From assembly GCA_964421595.1 (NCBI GenBank), contig CAYQXY010000001.1, positions 70,524 through 134,523 on the forward strand: a DNA stretch of 64,000 nucleotides, given 5' to 3'. Below the pieces are notes generated by a model. The model was not told the DNA's origin. It searched no databases and was given only the letters and a program-made list of their open reading frames with translations. Of the stretch, positions 47,976 to 57,348 are shown in pieces. The first letter of the stretch is position 1. Each line of letters opens with the position of its first letter. The position numbers and the translations under genes were made by a program. The stretch comes from an uncultured Bacteroidales bacterium (lineage in GTDB: Bacteria; Bacteroidota; Bacteroidia; Bacteroidales; PUMT01).

Positions 47976-49395
47976 CCTCTCCCCTCTCACGCATTGTCCT
48001 CAGCAGGAGTACTTCAAAGTTTTCACCGGGTGAGGGTGCCGGCGACATAAGCAGTGTCCCGTCACGGTCAATAAGGTAATAGCCCGGAAACATCCTGATA
48101 TCATATTCCTTAAGTATAGATGGCTGGTTGCCGTAGAATAAAAAATCCCAGTCATAATCATACTTGCTTAAAAAATCAAGCATAGAATCATAACTATCGT
48201 CAATAAAAATTGTAACCAGCTTTAGGTAGGGCTTATGGTTAACGATCATCCGGCTCAGGAGATCATACTCTGAAAGACAGCTATAGCTGGCAGCAGTACA
48301 AAAATTCAGATATACATAGTAGCCATGATAATCTGATAGTGATACAAGTTCCCCCCTTGAATCCAGAAGTTCAAACGCAGGGGGCCTGAAACCTTTGAGC
48401 AAACGTGTGACTTTTTCCCTGATATGTCCGGCTATAAGTTCATGCTCGGCATATATTGTTGTAGCTGCCAGAGAATCAAGCACTACCAGCAGGGCGGATC
48501 TTGAAAAGTCAGAGCCATAGAATGAGTCATGCAGGCCTTTCAACAAAACCATTTCAAGTAACCGTCCTCCCCCGAGAACCGGATCAGTCTGCAAAGTATT
48601 TTTGAGTGAGCTCAGGCTTCTTTTCTTGTTTATGTCTTCAAATATCCTGCTACCTGACGGAGTCCTGGAAAAAAATTGAAAATATTTATTATAAACCTGG
48701 TTGAAAAGTTCCATATACGAAACATTTTCATAAAGAACCGGATCATTAAGAAAGTAATTGTCTGAGAGGAGCTTTGCAGAGTGTTGCTGGGAGATGATAC
48801 CGAAAAGGGCCATCTTATACCTCTTGTAATCATCGAAATAGTAATTGGTACTTGTACTGAATTCCATATCAAACTCGTTGATTATGGAATCAAACAGTTG
48901 CTGATCGCGGTTTACCGTAAGTCTGATCAAAGGTTCGCCGAAAAGCGGTTCATACATATTATCAAACCTGCTAATCAGGGTATTTATGCATGAATCATCT
49001 TTATTGAGGACTGCAATGTGGGTGGGAGTGCCTTCAAAGTATGGATTCAGTCTCTCCCATGGAGTTTTGTTGGTTTTTCCGGGAAGCATAACAACATAAT
49101 CTTCTCCTGATTCAACATACATATAAGTATAATTGGTTCCGATATGGGAAAAGATGTACTGAATATTTGTCCCGGTCAGAAAGTCAACTGAAAACTCATC
49201 ATTCGTGTCAACACTGAATCTGAAAATCTCCTTCTCTGTTCGGGTAATATGATCAGTATATGCATAAAATATTATCTCTTCACCGGCGTACCCGGGAGCC
49301 CGGCCTTTAAGGCTGACTGTATCGGTACTGTCAGTACCTGCAACCGACCCGGCACAAATCAGCATAAAATACAGAATACTTATTGATCGTATCAT
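47968..49395 (-). CDS. Secreted protein with a C-terminal thioredoxin-like (TlpA/AhpC-TSA) fold and a non-canonical Cys motif
   Basis: 475 aa with a signal peptide. The C-terminal FELLDSRGELVSLSDYHGYYVYLNFCTAASYSC...MFPGYYLIDRDG resembles TlpA-type redoxins, but CxxC is replaced by CTAASYSC. Confidence 0.5.
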   Translation of the reverse strand: MIRSISILYFMLICAGSVAGTDSTDTVSLKGRAPGYAGEEIIFYAYTDHITRTEKEIFRFSVDTNDEFSVDFLTGTNIQYIFSHIGTNYTYMYVESGEDYVVMLPGKTNKTPWERLNPYFEGTPTHIAVLNKDDSCINTLISRFDNMYEPLFGEPLIRLTVNRDQQLFDSIINEFDMEFSTSTNYYFDDYKRYKMALFGIISQQHSAKLLSDNYFLNDPVLYENVSYMELFNQVYNKYFQFFSRTPSGSRIFEDINKKRSLSSLKNTLQTDPVLGGGRLLEMVLLKGLHDSFYGSDFSRSALLVVLDSLAATTIYAEHELIAGHIREKVTRLLKGFRPPAFELLDSRGELVSLSDYHGYYVYLNFCTAASYSCLSEYDLLSRMIVNHKPYLKLVTIFIDDSYDSMLDFLSKYDYDWDFLFYGNQPSILKEYDIRMFPGYYLIDRDGTLLMSPAPSPGENFEVLLLRTMRERGEVK

Positions 49396-49399
49396 TTTA

Positions 49400-49873
49400 T
49401 CAGAGTCTGAATTCCGTCAATTTAACACCACCTGGCACGAATCTGGATGCATCACCTCCATGCCTGACAATATCGCGAACTATGGTAGAATTGATGGGTG
49501 TGTGTTCAGGGCTTGTCAGCATAAATACTGATTCAATATTGTTATCCATAGCTTTATTTACATGAGCAATTGCCCTTTCAAATTCAAAATCGGCAGCAGT
49601 ACGCAGTCCGCGTAATATAAATGAAGCATTTTTCTCGCGGCAGAAATCAACGGTTAATCCACTGAACCAGGCAACTTCAACCGCTGGCTCATTCTGAAAC
49701 ACATTTCCTATCCACTCAAGTCTTTTTTCCAGTGGAAAAAATCCTTTTTTATTTGAATTGTAGCCAACTGCAATGATTATTTTATCAAAAAAGGAAAGGG
49801 CCCTGAGAACTACAGATTCATGACCAATCGTAAAAGGGTCAAATGAGCCGGGGAAAACAGCAGTTTTTTGCAT
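49400..49873 (-). CDS. coaD: Phosphopantetheine adenylyltransferase
   Basis: 157 aa with FPGSFDPFTIGHESVV (T/HxGH) and a family-typical body. Confidence 0.9.
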   Translation of the reverse strand: MQKTAVFPGSFDPFTIGHESVVLRALSFFDKIIIAVGYNSNKKGFFPLEKRLEWIGNVFQNEPAVEVAWFSGLTVDFCREKNASFILRGLRTAADFEFERAIAHVNKAMDNNIESVFMLTSPEHTPINSTIVRDIVRHGGDASRFVPGGVKLTEFRL

Positions 49874-49920
49874 TGTGCGATAATTGTTTTATATAATTAC
49901 ATTCCGGAATTCCTGAGTTG

Positions 49921-50033
49921 CAAATGTAAATGAATTTCCCATCAACTGAAAATCAATCAGAGATCAGGATATTGCATGGGTAATCGACCTTCAGGTCAAA
50001 TATTTTTATCCGAAATCACACGAAAACGGATAA
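49921..50033 (+). repeat. Copy 1 of a ~100-nt paralogous intergenic unit (17-codon ORF plus hairpins); also carries the coaD -7 box on the other strand
   Basis: It is nearly identical to 61396-61508. The ATG at 49930 opens MNFPSTENQSEIRILHG*. It has a GACCTTCAGGTC palindrome and the hairpin TTATCCG(N14)CGGATAA at 50006-50033. The reverse complement of 49921-49928 is TACATTTG. Confidence 0.6.
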
Positions 50034-50071
50034 AGAAACTTTATTGTAAAGCAAAGCGGTTCCTCCTGTAA

Positions 50072-50117
50072 GGCAAAATTTTGTATTTTTCAGACAAAAT
50101 TTTGCCTTCTTGTTTTT
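50072..50117 (+). terminator. Plus-strand intrinsic terminator with no annotated plus-strand gene upstream
   Basis: An 11-bp stem, GGCAAAATTTT / AAAATTTTGCC, is followed by TTCTTGTTTTTT on the plus strand. Confidence 0.5.
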
Positions 50118-50146
50118 TACAGGAGAAACATATACAAAAGCTGTTT

Positions 50147-50172
50147 AAAAAAGACGCCGGGGAATTCCAGCG
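50147..50172 (-). terminator. Intrinsic terminator for the 50191-50730 gene
   Basis: On the minus strand the stem CGCUGG/CCGGCG is followed by UCUUUUUU. On the plus strand this appears as AAAAAAGACGCCGGGGAATTCCAGCG. Confidence 0.5.
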
Positions 50173-50190
50173 CAAGCAAAAAAACAGGAA

Positions 50191-50730
50191 TTAGCGGCTA
50201 TCTGTCACCAGGACTACGCTGCCAAATACAATATTAATCACTATATCAAGGTGAGGCAGGTCCGGGTCAAAACCTTCCGATGAATAATACCCCTTGCCAA
50301 TAACAGGTGAGTTCCTGCCCGGCATTTTAACACTTGCAAAAACAGCATCAACGTTAATGTTTACAGGAACATCGGGTGGAAGGTATACAGTGCAGCCTGA
50401 GAATATACTGTTTATATTCAGTTTTCTTTTTTCCCCGCTCAGCTGCAGATCTCCAAGACTGAACCTGCTTTCAGAAAAAATAAGCTGATAGGACGGATGA
50501 AGTTCATTGCTTTCAATTTTTGCAGATGCAAAGATAAACTCATTGTCTTCTGATTCCAAAGGCCAGAGCATGAAATTTCCAAACATTATTTTCAGTCCCA
50601 GTAGTATGAAAAACAGTCCGGCCAATATTTTCATAACCGGGAAATCGATATTGAATATCACTCTTATTAACAATGTGAATCCGATAATAATGAGGAATAT
50701 ACCCCAAAATGCAAAATTGTCTATTTGCAT
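50191..50730 (-). CDS. Hypothetical membrane protein (two N-terminal TM helices plus a beta-rich C-terminal domain)
   Basis: 179 aa. I recognise no motif. Coding is supported by ORF length and by its own terminator. Confidence 0.45.
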   Translation of the reverse strand: MQIDNFAFWGIFLIIIGFTLLIRVIFNIDFPVMKILAGLFFILLGLKIMFGNFMLWPLESEDNEFIFASAKIESNELHPSYQLIFSESRFSLGDLQLSGEKRKLNINSIFSGCTVYLPPDVPVNINVDAVFASVKMPGRNSPVIGKGYYSSEGFDPDLPHLDIVINIVFGSVVLVTDSR

Positions 50731-50799
50731 TTGACAAGCTTTAGTTATTAGTTATCTGTTACGGGATAAAAAATCCCATTCTGCATATATGCAGGAAAA

Positions 50800-53268
50800 T
50801 CAGTTTTCCATTCCGACAGGCAATGATCCGCTTACTTTTTCTTTAAGCAATGCATTATCCAGTACGTCTAATATAGTCCTCACATAATGAAAAGTGAGTC
50901 CCTTAATATATACCTCTTTGATCTTGGCCATGTCTTTCCTGTTATCCTCAGACAATATGACATGTGAAATCCTGGCCCGCTTTGCAGCAAGTATCTTTTC
51001 CTTGATCCCGCCAACAGGCAAAACACGTCCCCTTAATGTTATCTCTCCCGTCATCGCAATTCCTTTCCTCACCCGTCGTCTTGTAAAGGCAGATGCCATA
51101 GATGTAACCATTGTAATACCAGCAGAGGGTCCGTCTTTGGGAATTGCACCTTCAGGTACATGTATGTGAACATTCATCTTTTCAAACACCTCAGGGTTGA
51201 TATCCAGATAGGCTGAATGTGCCTTCAGGTATTCAAGTGCCAGTTGTGCCGATTCTTTCATTACCTCTCCGATATTTCCGGTAATTGTCAGGTTGCCTTT
51301 CCCCCTGCTCAGACTTGTCTCAACAAACAATATTTCACCCCCTGCAGGAGTGACTGCAAGACCTGTTACCACCCCTGCAAACTCATTACCCTGATATATA
51401 TCCCTGCTATACTCGGGAGGCCCCAGGATTTCATTAACCATGCCCAGGTTCACCTTTTTCTCAAATGATTCACCAAATGCCTGCCTTTTTGCGAGGCCCC
51501 TTACCATCTTGGCAATTTTCTTATCAAGTTCCCTTACCCCTGATTCACGGGTGTGGTTTTCAACAACAGCCTCGAGTACTTTTTTCGAAAAAACTGCAGA
51601 ATCAAGCTGGAGACCGTGATTTATCAATTGCTTGGGCACAAGGTGCCTTCTTGCAATCTCTATCTTCTCTTCAACTATATAACCGTGTACATTAATCATT
51701 TCCATCCTGTCCCTGAGTGCCGGATGGATAGTGCTTACGGTATTGGCAGTAGCAATGAACAATACCTTTGACAGGTCGTAATCGAGCTCAAGATAATTAT
51801 CATGGAAAGCAAAGTTCTGTTCCGGGTCCAGCACCTCGAGCAATGCAGAAGCAGGATCGCCATGAGCATCCCTTCCTACCTTGTCAATCTCATCCAGAAT
51901 AAAAACAGGATTCGAAGATTTTATTTTCTTCATGTTTTGCAGTATCCTTCCCGGCATCGCTCCAACATAAGTTTTGCGGTGGCCCCTGATCTCTGATTCA
52001 TCATGAAGGCCTCCAAGTGACATTCGGATATATTTCCTTCCAATCGCACCGGCAACAGATTTTCCGAGAGATGTCTTTCCTACTCCTGGAGGTCCTATCA
52101 GGCAGATAATAGGTGATTTCATATCTCCTTTAAGCTTGAGTACAGCAAGGTGCTCAAGTATTCTCTCTTTAACTGTATCAAGACCGAAATGATCACGGTC
52201 AAGTATCTTACGAGCCCTGTTCAGGTCGAAATTATCTCTGGTAAACTCTCCCCAGGGCAGCTCAAGCATCATATGAACATAGTTCACCTGAACTGAATAT
52301 TCACCTGAAGCAGGATTTAGTCTCTGGAGCCTGGTAAGTTCCTTTTCAAATGCTTCACCTACCTCCTTTGACCATTTCTTTTTGGAACCCAGTTCCCGCA
52401 TTTCAGCGATCTCCTTTTCAACAGGATTTCCTCCCAGTTCATTCTGAATGGTTTTGATCTGCTGATTTAGTAAGTATTCTCTTTGCTGCTGGTCGAGTTC
52501 GGTTTTCACTTTAGACTGTATATCCTTCTTGAGCTCCAGCAACTGGACTTCTTTACTCAGGAACTCCAGCAGTATCCCTGCCCGTTTATTAAGCTCATCA
52601 GTTTCAAGAAGTTTCTGCTTTGACCGAATGTCCACATCAGAATTTGAACAGATAAAATTTACCAGGAAGGTAGAACTCTCAATATTCTTAACAGCAAAGG
52701 ATGCTTCCGGTGGTATATTGGATGACAGCTTTATTATCCTGAGAGACAGATCTTTCAGCGACCCTATCAGTGCCTGAAACTGATTCCCCTTCTTTTTCGG
52801 TAGAATGTCTTCCATACTTCTGACTTTGCCTGTCAGATATGGTTCTTCTGAAACAAGTTCAACTATCTCAAATCGCTTTTTCCCCTGGATTATAACTGAG
52901 GTTGCACCATCAGGCATTTCAAGGATCTTGAGAATCTGGGCAACGGTACCGATTTTATAGAGATCATCAAGCTGAGGGTCATCCATCTCCATATCCTTCT
53001 GGGCAACTGCCCCTACAATCTTATTCCCTTTATATGCTTCGCGTATCAGTTTTATCGACTTTTCCCTTCCAACAGTTATGGGAATAATAACGCCGGGGAA
53101 AAGCACGGTATTCCTGAGAGGAAGCAGTGGCAGGATATCGGGGACTTCCGTCTTGTTTAGCAATTCCTCATCTTCATCTGTGATCAGGGTTATATAATCA
53201 GATTCTTCATCAATCGGACTTCCGTCCATAAGGTCTGACCAGACAATATCTTTATTTTTTTTTCTCAT
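50800..53268 (-). CDS. lon: ATP-dependent Lon protease (endopeptidase La)
   Basis: It has Walker A GPPGVGKTS and the catalytic region PKDGPSAGITM. I place the start at ATG 53268 (MRKKNKDI...) rather than at the TTG at 53301. Confidence 0.95.
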   Translation of the reverse strand: MRKKNKDIVWSDLMDGSPIDEESDYITLITDEDEELLNKTEVPDILPLLPLRNTVLFPGVIIPITVGREKSIKLIREAYKGNKIVGAVAQKDMEMDDPQLDDLYKIGTVAQILKILEMPDGATSVIIQGKKRFEIVELVSEEPYLTGKVRSMEDILPKKKGNQFQALIGSLKDLSLRIIKLSSNIPPEASFAVKNIESSTFLVNFICSNSDVDIRSKQKLLETDELNKRAGILLEFLSKEVQLLELKKDIQSKVKTELDQQQREYLLNQQIKTIQNELGGNPVEKEIAEMRELGSKKKWSKEVGEAFEKELTRLQRLNPASGEYSVQVNYVHMMLELPWGEFTRDNFDLNRARKILDRDHFGLDTVKERILEHLAVLKLKGDMKSPIICLIGPPGVGKTSLGKSVAGAIGRKYIRMSLGGLHDESEIRGHRKTYVGAMPGRILQNMKKIKSSNPVFILDEIDKVGRDAHGDPASALLEVLDPEQNFAFHDNYLELDYDLSKVLFIATANTVSTIHPALRDRMEMINVHGYIVEEKIEIARRHLVPKQLINHGLQLDSAVFSKKVLEAVVENHTRESGVRELDKKIAKMVRGLAKRQAFGESFEKKVNLGMVNEILGPPEYSRDIYQGNEFAGVVTGLAVTPAGGEILFVETSLSRGKGNLTITGNIGEVMKESAQLALEYLKAHSAYLDINPEVFEKMNVHIHVPEGAIPKDGPSAGITMVTSMASAFTRRRVRKGIAMTGEITLRGRVLPVGGIKEKILAAKRARISHVILSEDNRKDMAKIKEVYIKGLTFHYVRTILDVLDNALLKEKVSGSLPVGMEN

Positions 53269-53450
53269 AATGTGATATACTATGACATGGAGGCAAGACA
53301 ATATGTCATCTCACAAACGCTCCGGAACAATTTACCCATGCATGGCAAGTCTTGTGCCAATTAGACTGAAGTGTATATTTATTAACAATTTTATTTAATT
53401 TAAGTTCGTATGGTGCTGAAGCTTATACTTAACCGGCTTTCGCATAATAT

Positions 53451-53485
53451 AAAAAAACCCTGCATATACTTAGGCAGGGTTTTTA
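53451..53485. terminator. Bidirectional intrinsic terminator downstream of rpmE2
   Basis: The sequence AAAAAAACCCTGC-atatacttag-GCAGGGTTTTT has runs flanking the stem on both sides. Confidence 0.65.
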
Positions 53486-53502
53486 TTAGTTTTAAAAGCC
53501 GT

Positions 53503-53766
53503 TTATTTCTTCTTGTCCATATGCTTTTTATACCTGTTCATGAATTTGTCGACACGGCCTGCAGTATCAACAAGCTTCATCTTGCCTGTATAAAATGGAT
53601 GTGACGTATTGGAGATTTCAAGTTTATAAAGAGGGTACTCCTTACCATCTTCCAGCGTAATGGTTTCTTTAGTGGCAGCAGTAGAACGTGAAATAAAATA
53701 ATTTTCGTTCGACATATCTTTAAATACCACAAGACGGTAATTCTCCGGATGAATGTCTTTTTTCAT
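53503..53766 (-). CDS. rpmE2: 50S ribosomal protein L31, type B
   Basis: 87 aa from the internal ATG: [17 protein letters not shown]...HPFYTGK. There is no CxxC zinc motif. The 169-aa ORF in the track is an artefactual 5' extension. Confidence 0.85.
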   Translation of the reverse strand: MKKDIHPENYRLVVFKDMSNENYFISRSTAATKETITLEDGKEYPLYKLEISNTSHPFYTGKMKLVDTAGRVDKFMNRYKKHMDKKK

Positions 53767-54092
53767 ATCAAATATTTTTCTCGGACTATATTTCTTTAAC
53801 TTACAATTTAGTAATCGGATTGCAAAGATAACTCTTGTAATGAAATATGCAAAACATTTTAAGTCATAAGTATAATATTTTATATTATAACTTTTTATTA
53901 TGCTGTGAAACAGGCGAAAAACAAAATACCTCTGGTTGAAATTCACCTCCTCCCCGGGTGATTTAACCGGACAAATTGGTGCTATTATATTTACTGACAG
54001 AAAGTAACACATCCATATGACATGGTCGCCGGTGATGAATTACCCATGCCTTGTTCATTTCTGCTTTTTTATATACATGGTTCGGGGGAGAC

Positions 54093-55559
54093 TCATTTCA
54101 ATTCAAACAATTCAGTCAACGCTTCCGGGTTTAACCCTCCAAAGTTATTGTGAACAAATTCATTCTTACGAAGTACATGGCTGTAACCCTTACTTAATAT
54201 ATCAATGTTTTCAACTACCTCCCTGATTGAATCAATTATGTATAAAGCCTCACCGTCAGTTGTTGTCGGATGAACCGAAAGCCTTACCCAGCCAGGTTTG
54301 GCCGAAAGGTCACCGTGATTTATCATATCGGTAATCTCCTGTGATTTCTCGTGAGTAACCTCAAGCAGGAAATGGCCATAAGTTCCTGCACAGGCACAAC
54401 CTCCGCGAACCTGAATGCCATATTTGTCATTCAGCAATTTCACGAAAAGGTTATAATGAATACCCGGATGGTAAAAGGAAAAAACTGCAAGCCGCGATTC
54501 AATATTGTCGGCGAGAATAACAATGCCTTCGATCGACCGAAGTCCTGAAAATATTATTTTTATCAATTCAGCCTCTCTTTGACTGATAAATGTTGTGTTC
54601 ATGTTGTTTTTCAGCTCAATAGCCAGGGCTGTGCGTATTGCCTGTAAAAACCCAGGGGTGCCGCCGTCTTCACGCACTTCGATATTGTCTACATATTTAT
54701 ATTTTCCCCATGGGTTTGTCCAGTCAACTGTCCCGCCTCCGGAGTCATCGGGAATCTCGCTGTTATAGAGGCTCACATCAAATATCAGAACTCCCGAAGA
54801 ACCAGGCCCTCCAAGAAACTTATGGGGGGAGAAATATATTGCATCAAGCTTCTCCAGCGGGTCTTCCGGGTGCATATCAATATCAACATATGGTGCAGAT
54901 GCAGCAAAATCGACAAAACAAACACCACCAAACTCGTGCATTATCCGGGCAAGTTCATAGTAAGGTGTGGTTATTCCGGTAACATTGGAACAAGCCGTAA
55001 ATGCTCCGATCTTAAACTTCCTGTCACTGTATTTCTCAAGCTGAACCCTGAGAGACTCCGGGTCAACCATAAGATTTTCATCCGGTTCAATAATTACCAC
55101 ATCAGCAATTGTCTCATACCATGAGGTATGGTTGGAGTGATGCTCCATGTGTGTAATAAATACTACGGGGCGTTCTATTTCTCTGAGACAGGTCTTGTTG
55201 TAAAGTTTTCCGCATCCCTTCAAACCGAGAATACGCTGAAGTTTATTCACAACTGAAGTCATACCACTCCCAGCAGTGATAATTATATCATCTGGTCCGG
55301 CATTAACATGCTGCTTAATCATTTGCTGTGCAAGGTGGTAGCAATGTGTTGTATGACATCCGGTGTAGCTTGTTTCCGTATGGGTATTACCAACAAACGG
55401 ACCGAAAACAGAAACAATTTTATCTTCAACCGGTCTGTACAACCTTCCGCTGGCCACCCAGTCGGCATAGACAATTTTACGGGTTCCGAAAGGCGATTCA
55501 AATGTTGAATCAATCCCAATGATGTTCTGGCGGAATTTAGAAAAATAGTTTTCAAGCAT
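54093..55559 (-). CDS. Class-V-fold PLP-dependent aminotransferase (cysteine-desulfurase-like)
   Basis: The PLP lysine context is YFSPHKFLGGPGSSGVL. I place the start at ATG 55559 (MLENYFSKF...). Alternative starts are at 55607 and 55634. Confidence 0.7.
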   Translation of the reverse strand: MLENYFSKFRQNIIGIDSTFESPFGTRKIVYADWVASGRLYRPVEDKIVSVFGPFVGNTHTETSYTGCHTTHCYHLAQQMIKQHVNAGPDDIIITAGSGMTSVVNKLQRILGLKGCGKLYNKTCLREIERPVVFITHMEHHSNHTSWYETIADVVIIEPDENLMVDPESLRVQLEKYSDRKFKIGAFTACSNVTGITTPYYELARIMHEFGGVCFVDFAASAPYVDIDMHPEDPLEKLDAIYFSPHKFLGGPGSSGVLIFDVSLYNSEIPDDSGGGTVDWTNPWGKYKYVDNIEVREDGGTPGFLQAIRTALAIELKNNMNTTFISQREAELIKIIFSGLRSIEGIVILADNIESRLAVFSFYHPGIHYNLFVKLLNDKYGIQVRGGCACAGTYGHFLLEVTHEKSQEITDMINHGDLSAKPGWVRLSVHPTTTDGEALYIIDSIREVVENIDILSKGYSHVLRKNEFVHNNFGGLNPEALTELFELK

Positions 55560-55706
55560 TTGATAGTGGATCTTATTTAATAACCTTTGCAGCCTGAACG
55601 AGGGCATGTAATTGTTTAATGCCCGGCGGAACAAAGGTAAATGACATTTTGGAGTAAATACATAACAAATAGCATGTTTTAATTCATTGGCAGGTCAATA
55701 ATATTG

Positions 55707-57110
55707 TTAATGCAGCCTGATGATGCGATGATCGATCAGCATGAATATGACAATAATAAGGAAGGTATAAAGGAAGTAAACTCCAAGCGGAATATACTGC
55801 TGTGGACGGATCTTAAGTTTAAAGTAGTTATATGCAACAAGCACCATTTTCTCAACCAGGAAAACTATTGCCGTTGCCACTGCAACTCCCACGATTCCGT
55901 AAAACCTGATCAGGAAAAGACTTAGAGAGACATTAAGTATTATTTCAACCACAGACGCAACCAGAACGATTCTGGTTTTCTTAAGTCCAATGAGAATTGT
56001 CTGCGGAAAAACAAGCCGGCTGATAATCAGAAGAAGATATACCATAAAGACATCGGCACTCCGGGAAAATGTTTCATTGAACATAGCTATATAGAGCACT
56101 TTGCTAAAGAAAAGCAGTGCGATTGAAACCGGAAACAGTACATGCATCAGTTTTGCTGACTTTTCTTTAATTGTCGCCAGTGCTGTATGCAATTTATCTC
56201 TCGTTGAGAATTCAGGCAGCATGGCATTGCTCAGTCCGTTAGCCATTAATATAACAAGTGGAAACTCCTTTGCGCCAAACCTGAAAAGAGCAAAATTCGC
56301 AGCATCATAAGAGGCAGTTATAATTATTCCGTCAATATATTGAGCCGAACCACTAAGAAGTGAACTTAATATCAGGGGCAATCCAAGAGACATATGCTCC
56401 TTCATGAAAGCAAATGATATTTTCAGCCGGGCATGCCTTTTTAATAAAATTCCAAGCCAGATCAATCTGACTACAGATATTGCAATTAATCCCCAGATGG
56501 CAAATTCTACAGGATACCCTGAAACAACCGGTACGGTAACGATAACCAACTGTACGGCAAAGGTTAAAAATCCATAGACTATCAGTTCTGCAGATTTGTT
56601 CTTGAGAAGATAAATGTATTCGATAAGGTGACCCGGATTACTGACCAGAATATAGACGAAAATCAGGTTCATAAAGGAAATATCCTTTACACCTTCGAAC
56701 AGGTGGAACGCTCTCTGAAAAAGAAGACAGAAAATATATGCCAGGACGCTGAATGCCGATAGCAATACAAAAGCATTGAAAAGTTCAGGAGATTTTGATT
56801 TTTTATTTACTGCAAGCACCCTGAAGGTTTTGTTGCTGTTATAAAGCGGCAACAATGACTGGATAAGTCCGTTTACCCAAAAAAAACTTACAGCGCTGGC
56901 AATGAAAAGTGAAAGCTCGTAATATCCTATTTCTTCGACTGAAACCTGACTCTTTGTAAAAATGATACTTATTAACAGGAATGTGGTAAACCTCAAAATC
57001 TGAATAGTTTGCAAACTACCAATATTGGATATCTTATTAACCAGGCTCAAGATTTTAAGGATTGATTTTGCAAGCAAATATAAAACAATAAATAAAGACA
57101 AAACAGTCAA
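55707..57110 (-). CDS. MOP-superfamily oligosaccharide or polysaccharide flippase (Wzx-like)
   Basis: 467 aa with about 12-14 TM helices and flippase-like topology. The start is non-ATG (TTG) because there is no early ATG. Confidence 0.55.
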   Translation of the reverse strand: MTVLSLFIVLYLLAKSILKILSLVNKISNIGSLQTIQILRFTTFLLISIIFTKSQVSVEEIGYYELSLFIASAVSFFWVNGLIQSLLPLYNSNKTFRVLAVNKKSKSPELFNAFVLLSAFSVLAYIFCLLFQRAFHLFEGVKDISFMNLIFVYILVSNPGHLIEYIYLLKNKSAELIVYGFLTFAVQLVIVTVPVVSGYPVEFAIWGLIAISVVRLIWLGILLKRHARLKISFAFMKEHMSLGLPLILSSLLSGSAQYIDGIIITASYDAANFALFRFGAKEFPLVILMANGLSNAMLPEFSTRDKLHTALATIKEKSAKLMHVLFPVSIALLFFSKVLYIAMFNETFSRSADVFMVYLLLIISRLVFPQTILIGLKKTRIVLVASVVEIILNVSLSLFLIRFYGIVGVAVATAIVFLVEKMVLVAYNYFKLKIRPQQYIPLGVYFLYTFLIIVIFMLIDHRIIRLH

Positions 57111-57154
57111 TGAAATTTTAAGTTTTCAGATTGCGTATCTTCAAAAGAAATATT

Positions 57155-57162
57155 TATATTTG
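57155..57162 (+). promoter_or_regulatory. -7 box TATATTTG for tRNA-His
   Basis: It matches TAnnTTTG and ends about 10 nt before the tRNA 5' end. Confidence 0.55.
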
Positions 57163-57172
57163 CAGCATAAAT

Positions 57173-57250
57173 GGTGGTCGTAGCTCAGTTGGTTAGAGCG
57201 TCAGATTGTGGTTCTGAAAGTCGCCGGTTCGAATCCGGTCTTCCACCCCA
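57173..57250 (+). tRNA. tRNA-His (anticodon GTG) with genome-encoded G-1 and CCA
   Basis: Hand fold: G-1, acceptor GTGGTCG, D arm GCTC-AGTTGGTTA-GAGC, anticodon arm TCAGA-TTGTGGT-TCTGA, variable AAGTC, T arm GCCGG-TTCGAAT-CCGGT, 3' acceptor CTTCCAC, C73, CCA. Positions 5:68 (U-U) and 6:67 (C-U) do not pair. Confidence 0.8.
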
Positions 57251-57262
57251 CCATTAACCATC

Positions 57263-57302
57263 AAAAAAGGCAATTAACCTCACGGAAAATTGCCTTTTTT
57301 AT
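57263..57302. terminator. Bidirectional intrinsic terminator between tRNA-His and the fasciclin gene
   Basis: The sequence is AAAAAAGGCAATT-aacctcacggaa-AATTGCCTTTTTT. Confidence 0.7.
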
Positions 57303-57348
57303 TTATCTCCTGCTGTTGCAGTTATATATTACTCAGCTGTCACCGGTA

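Noticed and set aside
53503-54012. A 169-aa ORF containing L31
   Set aside because: Only the last 87 codons ([10 protein letters not shown]...) are L31. The upstream 82 codons are AT-rich low-complexity sequence with no coding character, so I used the start at 53766.
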